64,000 nucleotides of DNA, from contig CAZOUN010000001.1 in the NCBI GenBank assembly GCA_964582965.1, positions 4,745 through 68,744 of the forward strand, given 5' to 3'. Numbering within the stretch: position 1 is the first letter of the stretch; each line of letters begins with the position of its first letter. Below the pieces are notes generated by a model. The model saw only the letters and a list, made by a program, of their open reading frames with translations. It had not been told where the DNA came from and made no database searches. This document shows positions 43,170 to 50,677 of this stretch, piece after piece. The DNA comes from an uncultured Anaerolineales bacterium (GTDB lineage Bacteria > Chloroflexota > Anaerolineae > Anaerolineales > UBA11858). The position numbers and the translations under genes were made by a program.

Positions 43170-44690
43170 TTATTTCCCCTCTGACACCCCAGCCATAAGC
43201 AGGCCGAGAGTTTCTTTCTTGGTCTCCGATGTTATCAAAGCGCTCATAATTCGACCCTGATATATAATTGCAATTCGATCGCTCAATTTAATTACTTCAT
43301 CAAGATCAGCAGAGATGAGTAGAACTCCAACACCACTATTTCGCTGTTCAAGAAGTTTTCCATGTACAAATTCTATTGCACCTACGTCAAGGCCGCGAGT
43401 TGGCTGACATGCGACTATTACTTCGGGTTTAGAACTCAGTTCGCGAGCGAGAATCAAGCGTTGAGCATTCCCCCCAGATAGTTTTCCACCTTTTGTGGAT
43501 ATGTTTGGGGTTCGAATTTGGTATTCGTTCACTAACTCTGTGGAGTGACCATTGATTTCTTTTAATCTGAGAAAACCGTGGGAGGAATAAGGTTCTTTTA
43601 AGTGCTTTCCTAGCATGAGGTTTTCTGAAACTGTAAAATTTCTAATAATCCCACGTAAATATCTATCAGATGGAATATAAGCAAGGGTTTGTCTTCGATG
43701 TCGTACCGATGCTTTGGTAATATCTTTTCCATTAAGAGATATTGAACCACTTATTGATGGGCGTAATCCTATGATAGACTCTTCCAACTCAACTTGACCA
43801 TTACCATCCACGCCCGCGATCCCTAATATTTCTCCAGGTTTTACATTAAGGGTGACATTATTTACAGCTGATAAGCCGCGGTCATCTTCTACATGAAGAG
43901 CATTTACTCCCAAAACCGGTTTATTTGAAGGTTTATTTTTTTCTCTTGGAGGTATTTTCTTGATATCAGTTCCTACCATCATTCGGGCTAATTCGTATCG
44001 GTCTGTATCTTTTGTGTTCAGAGTGTTAATGACTTTCCCATCGCGCATAACTGTTACTCGGTGAGTCATCATCATTACTTCATCGAGTTTATGGGAAATG
44101 AAAATAACAGACTTCCCGACTGAGATCAGAGCATTTATTATTGATGTTAATTGTATGACTTCTTGAGGAGTGAGCACAGATGTGGGTTCATCAAGGATGA
44201 GAGTCTGAGCACCTCGATACAATGCTCGCAGGATTTCAATACGCTGCTGTTCACCTACAGACAGTTGCCACATTAAGCGATTAGGATCAACCGGCAGCTG
44301 ATATTTTTCGGATAAGTTTTTAATTCTCGAAGATACTTGATTTTTGTCTTCAAGAAGAGGTTCTCTGGGTGATGAGGCTCCAAGTAAAAAATTCTCAAGA
44401 ACAGTGAATCGAGGAACAAATTGAAAATGTTGATGCACCATCCCGATTCCAAAACTAATGGCAGCATTAGAACTCCCGATTTTTACAGGTTTTCCATTTA
44501 TCTCTATTTCACCTTCGTCTGGATTATATAAACCGTAAAGAACATTCATTAAAGTGGTTTTTCCTGCCCCATTCTCGCCAAGTAACCCATGCACCTCGCT
44601 TTCCCTGAGGCTGAAATCCACTTTGTGGTTTGCTATTACGCCAGGAAAAGATTTGGTAATTCCTGACATTTTTACGGCATCTACCACCAT
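43170..44690 (-). CDS. ABC transporter ATP-binding protein, duplicated-ATPase CUT2/nucleoside type, transporter 2
   Basis: 506 aa with GENGAGKTT, LSVGEQQRIEI, GVDGNGQVEL, LSGGNAQR. Confidence 0.9.
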   Translation of the reverse strand: MVVDAVKMSGITKSFPGVIANHKVDFSLRESEVHGLLGENGAGKTTLMNVLYGLYNPDEGEIEINGKPVKIGSSNAAISFGIGMVHQHFQFVPRFTVLENFLLGASSPREPLLEDKNQVSSRIKNLSEKYQLPVDPNRLMWQLSVGEQQRIEILRALYRGAQTLILDEPTSVLTPQEVIQLTSIINALISVGKSVIFISHKLDEVMMMTHRVTVMRDGKVINTLNTKDTDRYELARMMVGTDIKKIPPREKNKPSNKPVLGVNALHVEDDRGLSAVNNVTLNVKPGEILGIAGVDGNGQVELEESIIGLRPSISGSISLNGKDITKASVRHRRQTLAYIPSDRYLRGIIRNFTVSENLMLGKHLKEPYSSHGFLRLKEINGHSTELVNEYQIRTPNISTKGGKLSGGNAQRLILARELSSKPEVIVACQPTRGLDVGAIEFVHGKLLEQRNSGVGVLLISADLDEVIKLSDRIAIIYQGRIMSALITSETKKETLGLLMAGVSEGK

Positions 44691-44729
44691 CTAACATCCT
44701 TTGGTAATCAGTAAATTTGAGAAAATCCA

Positions 44730-44765
44730 GACCCACCTCGTAATAAATTAATTACAAGGTGGGTC
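44730..44765 (-). terminator. Stem-loop / attenuating terminator after the substrate-binding-protein gene of transporter 2
   Basis: GACCCACCT-C-GTAAT ... ATTAC-A-AGGTGGGTC forms 14 bp with one mismatch. On the transcribed (minus) strand it is followed by TGGATTTTCTC. Confidence 0.45.
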
Positions 44766-44795
44766 ATTCTTAGAAAGATGCTACTTGTTCAGTTT

Positions 44796-45887
44796 TTACT
44801 CTGCGGCTGCAGGGATATAAGGCACCTCAAATGAGCCGTTTTTGATTTCCTGAATTGCATCATTAGCCATTTGTAAAGCATCGTCTTGGATCAAGTAGGC
44901 CAAAGCAGGATTGACATCAACTCGCAATGCATCGTCCGCTACACCAAAGCTATAGAACTTTCCAGGCATGAATGTTCCTTCTTCAATCTCTTCAATAAAG
45001 AGGGAGACCAAAGGGTAAAGATCCCAAATCATGCTTAGAGCAACGTTGTCTGGCGCAATACTGCTCATGTCACCGACGTAACTAGATGCATAAATGCCAG
45101 CTTCTTCAGCGGCCTCGATAGCCCCTAGTGTTGGCCCAAATCCGCATGATGCAACGTAGTCTGCACCTGCAGAAACATGGGCCAATGTCGCTTCTTTCGC
45201 TTTAGCAACGTCTGCCCAGTCCCCAACAACAGTATAGAGGACATCCGCATCGGGATTTACTGCCTGAGCGCCTAATTTGAAAGATTCATACATGGAATGG
45301 CATACTGGAATATCAAAGCCCGAAAGGAAGCTGTATAACCCCGTTTCACTTATGCCACCGGCCGTAATGCCCAATAGATAAGCTGCCTGATAAAATGGTT
45401 GATCATAGTCAGCAACATTTTCTGCGGTTTTTTGTATTCCACCCGGCCATGCAAAACTTACTTCGGGATAGTCTGGAGCTACATTAAATAATGTTTCTCC
45501 ATAGCCAAAGCTGTGGGTTATTATGAAATTATATCCATTATCAGCGTATTCTCGAATTACCCGCTCTGCATCAGCTGCAGCCACACTTTCTGAAAAATCG
45601 ACCTCAAATCCATGCTCGGTTGCAACTTGGAGAGCTGCCTGTTGCATTTGGTAATTCCAGCTGAGATCATCAACGGTTCCTGAGAGCAATACAGCCATAC
45701 GAATCGTTGGTTCGGTAGATACTTCTTCTGTGTCAGCAGCTGTTTCTTCTTCGGCAGCGGGAGCTTCTCCCACAACTTCATCGGCAATTGTTACTTCCTC
45801 GGTTGGGACCGCTGGAGAACAACCTGCGGCAACGATGGAAAGAATCATTAGGATAGAAAACACCCACCCAATTTTCTTTATTGTCAT
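44796..45887 (-). CDS. BMP-family ABC substrate-binding lipoprotein, transporter 2
   Basis: Signal peptide with lipobox VAAGC. BMP-like core: VDDLSWNYQMQQA, FIITHSFGYGE. RBS AAAGGAGA. Confidence 0.8.
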   Translation of the reverse strand: MTIKKIGWVFSILMILSIVAAGCSPAVPTEEVTIADEVVGEAPAAEEETAADTEEVSTEPTIRMAVLLSGTVDDLSWNYQMQQAALQVATEHGFEVDFSESVAAADAERVIREYADNGYNFIITHSFGYGETLFNVAPDYPEVSFAWPGGIQKTAENVADYDQPFYQAAYLLGITAGGISETGLYSFLSGFDIPVCHSMYESFKLGAQAVNPDADVLYTVVGDWADVAKAKEATLAHVSAGADYVASCGFGPTLGAIEAAEEAGIYASSYVGDMSSIAPDNVALSMIWDLYPLVSLFIEEIEEGTFMPGKFYSFGVADDALRVDVNPALAYLIQDDALQMANDAIQEIKNGSFEVPYIPAAAE

Positions 45888-45992
45888 TTCTGTCTCCTTT
45901 TACTTATTCTCCAATAGGTTAATAAATCTATCATCACGGTTTATTAAATCTAATAAAACCTCCTTTACGGCAATATAAAGGGGGCGGGCAAT

Positions 45993-47387
45993 TTAGTCCC
46001 AGGGCCCGACGGTGAATTGCAGTCCCCATTTGGCCAGGTCTGCTTTGACCCGGCGGTAGCATTCTTTCCATTCTTCGATCGGCTGCAGAGATTTCAGGTC
46101 ATAAGCTTCTTGGAATGGTAAACCTCGTTTGGGAGTATCAAATGTGGACTCATATTTCTCGAGGCATTTAAGGGCAATTTCATTTGCCTTTTCGCGGGTG
46201 ATGCCGCTATTTGCGGTTGCTACACCAACTTCACCCTGGAAACCAGCTTCCAGGCCGGTATGGTGGTTGGTTTCAAATCCACCGGTGGCGCCCACACCAT
46301 GTTGGGTGTAACCACAAACAGTACTGATGACTGCGTGCTGGGCGACTTCGTAAAGCAGCTCATCAGTCACGGGGCCGGAAACACAGAAGGGATCACAGGT
46401 CCAGACGATATGGGAATTGCGGGCCATGGCCTGTCCGGCCATTGCAAGCACATACATACCCCATTCATCCGAGTTGTTGGCTCGTTTGATGTGGGTGATG
46501 CTGAGGTAATGATAGTCAGCAAAGTACGCAATTACACCTAGGAGTGTTTCTGCTACGGAAACAACGGCAACGCCGTCAGGACCGCCGCCTATGCCGCCGG
46601 TCAGGGGAGTCATGAGGTTAATAATATGTCCGCCATAATTGAGCAGGTGGGGAACACGGTTGAGCTGATCGTCGTCGATTTTTAATTCGCACATCTGGGC
46701 TACAAGACGTCCGTCGCAGGGGCGCAGACCGTTGATAGGTTCACTAGCGGCCATTTTGCCGATGGCGGTCATGCCAGTCGCGGCATCGCCAATATGCATG
46801 CCGGGTTTTCCAACACGTCGAACAGCCTCGCGAGCTGTAGCGGCATCACGCTGAACAGCCATGACTTCCATGAGGGTGCCGGCCATGATGTCGTATCCAT
46901 TAAAGGTCCGGGTGGCGCCAGATTCTATTGCGTCCACAAATGGTTCCTGGGCGTAGCTGGTCAGGTTAGCCAGGTAGTATTCTTCGTCGCAAGCCTGTCC
47001 AGCAGGACCGGTCAGATTGAGAGGGGGATTGGGATCTTCAATGTTCCTGTGTTTGGCAATAACCATGTCTTTTCCCTCGCCGAGATAGAGTGTGTCGGGA
47101 GCGAGTCGGAGAGCGTCAAGGATCTCTTCTTTGGAAAATTTAATTACGCGCTGGGTGTCGAGGTGGTATGCACCACAATCGACCAACAGCTGCAAACCAG
47201 CCTGGAAGACGCGGTCAGCCATAGCGTCGTCAGTGGGGCAGACATTCTTGGGGTCGTATTTGATGTCGTATTCTTTGAGCAGTTCCTGCACTCGTTTGGC
47301 AAGCATGAGGTCATATTCCACCTCTTTCATAAACTTCCCGCTGCGGGAACGCTGGTAAATTTCTATTAATCGTTCTCTTGTTAACAT
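45993..47387 (-). CDS. MtmB-family methyltransferase, non-pyrrolysine, divergent class C (paralog 11)
   Basis: 464 aa with CPTDDAMADRVFQAG, GEGKDMV, GKPGMHIGD, LTGGIGGGP, C-terminal FQEAYDLKSLQPIEEWKECYRRV..WGLQF. Confidence 0.82.
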   Translation of the reverse strand: MLTRERLIEIYQRSRSGKFMKEVEYDLMLAKRVQELLKEYDIKYDPKNVCPTDDAMADRVFQAGLQLLVDCGAYHLDTQRVIKFSKEEILDALRLAPDTLYLGEGKDMVIAKHRNIEDPNPPLNLTGPAGQACDEEYYLANLTSYAQEPFVDAIESGATRTFNGYDIMAGTLMEVMAVQRDAATAREAVRRVGKPGMHIGDAATGMTAIGKMAASEPINGLRPCDGRLVAQMCELKIDDDQLNRVPHLLNYGGHIINLMTPLTGGIGGGPDGVAVVSVAETLLGVIAYFADYHYLSITHIKRANNSDEWGMYVLAMAGQAMARNSHIVWTCDPFCVSGPVTDELLYEVAQHAVISTVCGYTQHGVGATGGFETNHHTGLEAGFQGEVGVATANSGITREKANEIALKCLEKYESTFDTPKRGLPFQEAYDLKSLQPIEEWKECYRRVKADLAKWGLQFTVGPWD

Positions 47388-47444
47388 AATATTTCCTCCA
47401 GAATTAGGAGAATGGTTTCCTTTCTCCCTGGGTTCAGCGTTAAA

Positions 47445-48104
47445 TTATTTGAGCAAAGAATTGACTAACTCCACTGCGCCAGAGGCAGTAAAGGAATAAC
47501 CATTTGCGCCGATTTCATCAGCATAAGGCTGGTCGGTTGACCCGCCGCCGATAATGAATTTGTATTTGTCTGCCAGATTGAGCTCTCTGAGCAGGTCTGC
47601 CACTTCGCGGCATCCTGCGCGGGTGATGCTCATTAACGCTGAGGCAGCGATCACGTCAGCGCTGTTCGTTTCTGCGGTTTCAATAAAAGTAGCTGCTGAA
47701 ACATCTTTACCAACATCTACAACTTTGTAACCGTGGGCTTTGAACAAGCTTCCAACAATGTTTTTACCAATATCGTGAATGTCACCCTTGACAGCACCGA
47801 GGACAATTGTGCCTTTGGTATAAGATTCGGCGCCACTTTTAGTTAAAGCATCTTCAATGACTTTGGAGCAAGCGTTGCCGGCTTCACCCGCTGCCATTAG
47901 TTCCGGAAGGAAAATATCCAGATCCTCGAATTTTTGTCCTACTTCTGAAAGGGTGGGCACAACTACCTGCTGGATCAAGTCCAGAGGATCTACTCCTTCT
48001 TTAATAGCTGCTTCGGTTACTGCTGTGGCTACCTGGGTGTCGCCACTCGCAAGCGACTTGGCTAGTTCCTCGGCATACTTCTTGGGGACTGTTGCATCGG
48101 TCAT
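47445..48104 (-). CDS. Corrinoid methyl-carrier protein 5
   Basis: 219 aa with GDIHDIGKN, ASALMSIT, IIGGGS. Confidence 0.88.
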   Translation of the reverse strand: MTDATVPKKYAEELAKSLASGDTQVATAVTEAAIKEGVDPLDLIQQVVVPTLSEVGQKFEDLDIFLPELMAAGEAGNACSKVIEDALTKSGAESYTKGTIVLGAVKGDIHDIGKNIVGSLFKAHGYKVVDVGKDVSAATFIETAETNSADVIAASALMSITRAGCREVADLLRELNLADKYKFIIGGGSTDQPYADEIGANGYSFTASGAVELVNSLLK

Positions 48105-48211
48105 GATTTGCCTCCTGAGATAAGGGATAAAGAGATATTTTTTGCTAGGTGGGTTGAAAAATAATCAAGTAGAGCACAAGGACAGCAGCCAAGGCGACAA
48201 CGAAGGTGATA

Positions 48212-48230
48212 TAGGATGGCTGCCATCCTA
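48212..48230. promoter_or_regulatory. 19-bp perfect palindrome, candidate operator
   Basis: TAGGATGGC-T-GCCATCCTA lies immediately downstream of the -10 of the minus-strand promoter. It also overlaps the -35 region of a possible plus-strand promoter. Confidence 0.5.
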
Positions 48231-48235
48231 CAAAA

Positions 48236-48264
48236 AGTATATAATAAGGGGCATCGAGTGTCAA
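48236..48264 (-). promoter_or_regulatory. Near-consensus sigma70-type promoter for the minus arm (corrinoid 5 / paralog 11 operon)
   Basis: The minus strand reads TTGACA (48264-48259), 17-nt spacer, TATACT (48241-36). This is about 125 nt upstream of the corrinoid protein start at 48104. Confidence 0.55.
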
Positions 48265-48322
48265 TATGACTTTTATAACGGGTTTTAGAGTATACTTTTG
48301 AAAGCTTATCTTAGGAGGATTG

Positions 48323-48760
48323 ATGACTTCAGCGCTATCATATGTTGTGTTTGTGGGGTTGGTGGGTGGAGTTGCGGTTGCCGTTCAGGCAGCTTTTGCT
48401 GGCATTATCACAGAACAGCTGGGAGTCTTGGAGAACGCATTTATTGTCTTTGGCGGTGGTTCTCTGGTTGCTCTGATCTTGATCCTGCTAAATCAAGGGG
48501 GGAAGATCAGGGAGTGGCAATCTTTGCCATGGTATGTCTTTCTGGCAGGTCCCCTGGGTATTGTGATCATTACTTCGATCGGTTATGCTATCCCCCGGAT
48601 CGGTCTGGCATCAACCTTGACCGTAATTGTTGTTAGTCAACTGATTATCGGAGTGGTTTTTGATCATTTTGGCTGGTTTGCCGCCTTAAGACCCCTGGAC
48701 CTCAATCGTGCCATAGGGATATTGCTGCTCTTTATTGGCACCTGGGTAGTTTTACGGTAG
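48323..48760 (+). CDS. DUF606/YdcZ-type small DMT-superfamily membrane protein 2
   Basis: AGGAGG (48313-48318) precedes ATG 48323; the ORF-track TTG is at 48320. About 5 helices. AIPRIGLASTLTVIVVSQLIIGVVFDHFGWF...LLLFIGTWVV. Confidence 0.6.
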   Translation: MTSALSYVVFVGLVGGVAVAVQAAFAGIITEQLGVLENAFIVFGGGSLVALILILLNQGGKIREWQSLPWYVFLAGPLGIVIITSIGYAIPRIGLASTLTVIVVSQLIIGVVFDHFGWFAALRPLDLNRAIGILLLFIGTWVVLR

Positions 48761-48805
48761 TCTAAAAAACTCTTTAATAGCGGGATTTATTTAATGAAGA
48801 TATAT

Positions 48806-49570
48806 CTAAGAAGATGCCACGTGGCGGATTACGTGGAAATATCCAGCATCTTTAAACAGGTGTTCTTTAGACAAGAACAATTTAGAGTTATCAGAACTGA
48901 ATCCAATATCCTCAACTACCAGAACTGCCATTGATGGATCATATCCAGTAAACTCATCTGGAAGATGACAATCCCGTAATAAAGCTGGATGAATTATTGA
49001 AGTTAGAAATTTTACTTCTTGCTGGCAAGTATGAGCAAAGAATTGGAAAAAAGGCTCTGTCGCCCCTGGTTCCATGACATCGGTATCAGATAAACACTTT
49101 TGATAGATCCATTCTGGAATATAGTTCTCAAAATAGATGATTGGATCAGCGTCAGCGGTAAACATTTTCTGTATGTGGAGCACATTGCTGCCGTTATTAA
49201 TATCCAGCTTATCTGATATGTCCTTATCTGCAGATATTATTTGAGCGCTCAATTGCTTAAACCCGGGTGTATGGCCACGGGTCGAAATTCGCTCCATTAC
49301 ATCATAGGATAGATATAAGGGATTGACGATGCTTGGGGTATTGCTGACAAAAGTCCCTATACCTCTTTTCTTAATTACATATCCCAATTCTCCCAGTCTG
49401 GAAAAAGCAGTTCGGATCGTTGGCCTGCTTACTTTGTACAGATCAGCCAGCTCATTTTCGGATGGCAGCTTGCTGCCCGGTGTAAATTCACCATTGAGGA
49501 TGCTGTTCAGGATGATGTCATATACTTGATCTGCAAGGGGAGGGTTTTGGATGGGAAGATTCTCGGTCAT
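48806..49570 (-). CDS. GntR-family transcriptional regulator, HutC/UTRA type (regulator 3)
   Basis: KLPSENELADLYKVSRPTIRTAFSRLGELGYVIKKRGIGTFV plus a UTRA-length effector domain. Closely parallels regulator 2. Confidence 0.8.
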   Translation of the reverse strand: MTENLPIQNPPLADQVYDIILNSILNGEFTPGSKLPSENELADLYKVSRPTIRTAFSRLGELGYVIKKRGIGTFVSNTPSIVNPLYLSYDVMERISTRGHTPGFKQLSAQIISADKDISDKLDINNGSNVLHIQKMFTADADPIIYFENYIPEWIYQKCLSDTDVMEPGATEPFFQFFAHTCQQEVKFLTSIIHPALLRDCHLPDEFTGYDPSMAVLVVEDIGFSSDNSKLFLSKEHLFKDAGYFHVIRHVASS

Positions 49571-49771
49571 GAAATATGTGATCCTTTATAATTGTCAGCT
49601 GCAATTTCTGGAGCCTGGTGGACTGCAATCCACTATAAATGAGACTGCCTTGCTTGTCAATAAATTTCTGCATAATCCTTTAGATCTTGTATTGATTTTT
49701 GGGAATTTCCCCGTTGGTTGTAATTCTTTCATTACCCAGATAAAATATAGCCATTGCCAGAGGAGAGAATA

Positions 49772-50626
49772 ATGACCAACAAGATAGCTTTGTTAACTGA
49801 CAGTACCTGTGATATCCCCAAGGATTTCTTAAATACATATGACATCCAGGTTGTTCCCTTGACAATTATCTGGGGGGAGGAGCAATTCAGGGATGGTGTT
49901 GATCTCTCCGCGGAGGATTTTTACAAACGACTGGAAGCAGCCCCAACCCTTCCGACTACGTCCCAGCCCACACCGCAGCAAATGGTGCAGGCCTATGACG
50001 AAGCCAAAAGAAAGGGGGCCGACGAGATCCTTATCATCACCATTAGCAAGGCCATGAGTGGAACTTACGAGTCAGCCAAAGCAGCCTCGAAGCTGGTTGA
50101 TATTCCTGTTCGAGTGCTGGATTCAAAAGCCAATTCCATGAGTCTTGGCTGGCAGGTATTGGCTGCTGCCAGGGCGCGGGAAAGTGGTGGCGATCTGGAT
50201 GCTATGGTCGATGCAGCGGAGAAAGCCCGCAGCACGATGGTGTATATCATTACCCTGGATACGCTAGAATACCTTCGCAAAGGTGGACGCATTGGTGGAG
50301 CAAGTCATTTTATAGGTAATTTGCTGAACTTAAAACCACAGATCTCTGTTGATCACAAAAGTGGAGAAGTCGCTGGAGGGAGGAGGTCGCGAACCCGGAG
50401 AAAAGCGCTGAAAGACCTGTTTGTAGATTTCTTTGACCAGGTCGATCAGGAAAAAAATCTCAAGATTGCGGTTTTACATAATGCGGCCCCGGAAGAAGCC
50501 AAAACTCTGGCGGAAAAGATAAAAGCCGAGATCGATCCTGAAGAGATCATCATTAGCATCGTGTCCCCGGTACTGGGTGTTCATACCGGACCGCGGGCAG
50601 TGGCAATTTGTGGTTATTCAGAGTAA
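49772..50626 (+). CDS. DegV-family fatty-acid-binding protein
   Basis: IALLTDSTCDIP start motif and ~285 aa DegV layout. AGGAGAG precedes ATG 49772. Confidence 0.85.
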   Translation: MTNKIALLTDSTCDIPKDFLNTYDIQVVPLTIIWGEEQFRDGVDLSAEDFYKRLEAAPTLPTTSQPTPQQMVQAYDEAKRKGADEILIITISKAMSGTYESAKAASKLVDIPVRVLDSKANSMSLGWQVLAAARARESGGDLDAMVDAAEKARSTMVYIITLDTLEYLRKGGRIGGASHFIGNLLNLKPQISVDHKSGEVAGGRRSRTRRKALKDLFVDFFDQVDQEKNLKIAVLHNAAPEEAKTLAEKIKAEIDPEEIIISIVSPVLGVHTGPRAVAICGYSE

Positions 50627-50677
50627 AGAGTTTATGCGTTCCCATCAGATATCCTTATTGGAAGATCTCATATAGAT

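Noticed and set aside
48147-48266. 39-codon hydrophobic mini-ORF (MTLDAPYYILFVGWQPSYITFVVALAAVLVLYLIIFQPT) on the minus strand upstream of corrinoid protein 5
   Set aside because: Its only start is the TTG of the TTGACA -35 hexamer of the predicted promoter, and it has no RBS. The hydrophobic run is plausibly a by-product of AT/T-rich sequence.
1-49570. Possibility that the MtmB-like genes are genuine pyrrolysine-containing monomethylamine methyltransferases, or a methanogen-derived segment
   Set aside because: All 11 ORFs are uninterrupted, with a sense codon at the Pyl-aligned position and no in-frame TAG. No pylTSBCD or CoM-related genes are in the window. The flanking genes (PTS, Tex, SurE, lipoprotein lipoboxes) are bacterial.
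49615-49640. GTGGA-N6-TCCAC inverted repeat and CTGCAAT direct repeats upstream of regulator 3 as an autoregulatory operator
   Set aside because: The arms are only 5 bp and are unrelated to the TGGC-N-GCCA motif. This is too weak to call without comparative data.
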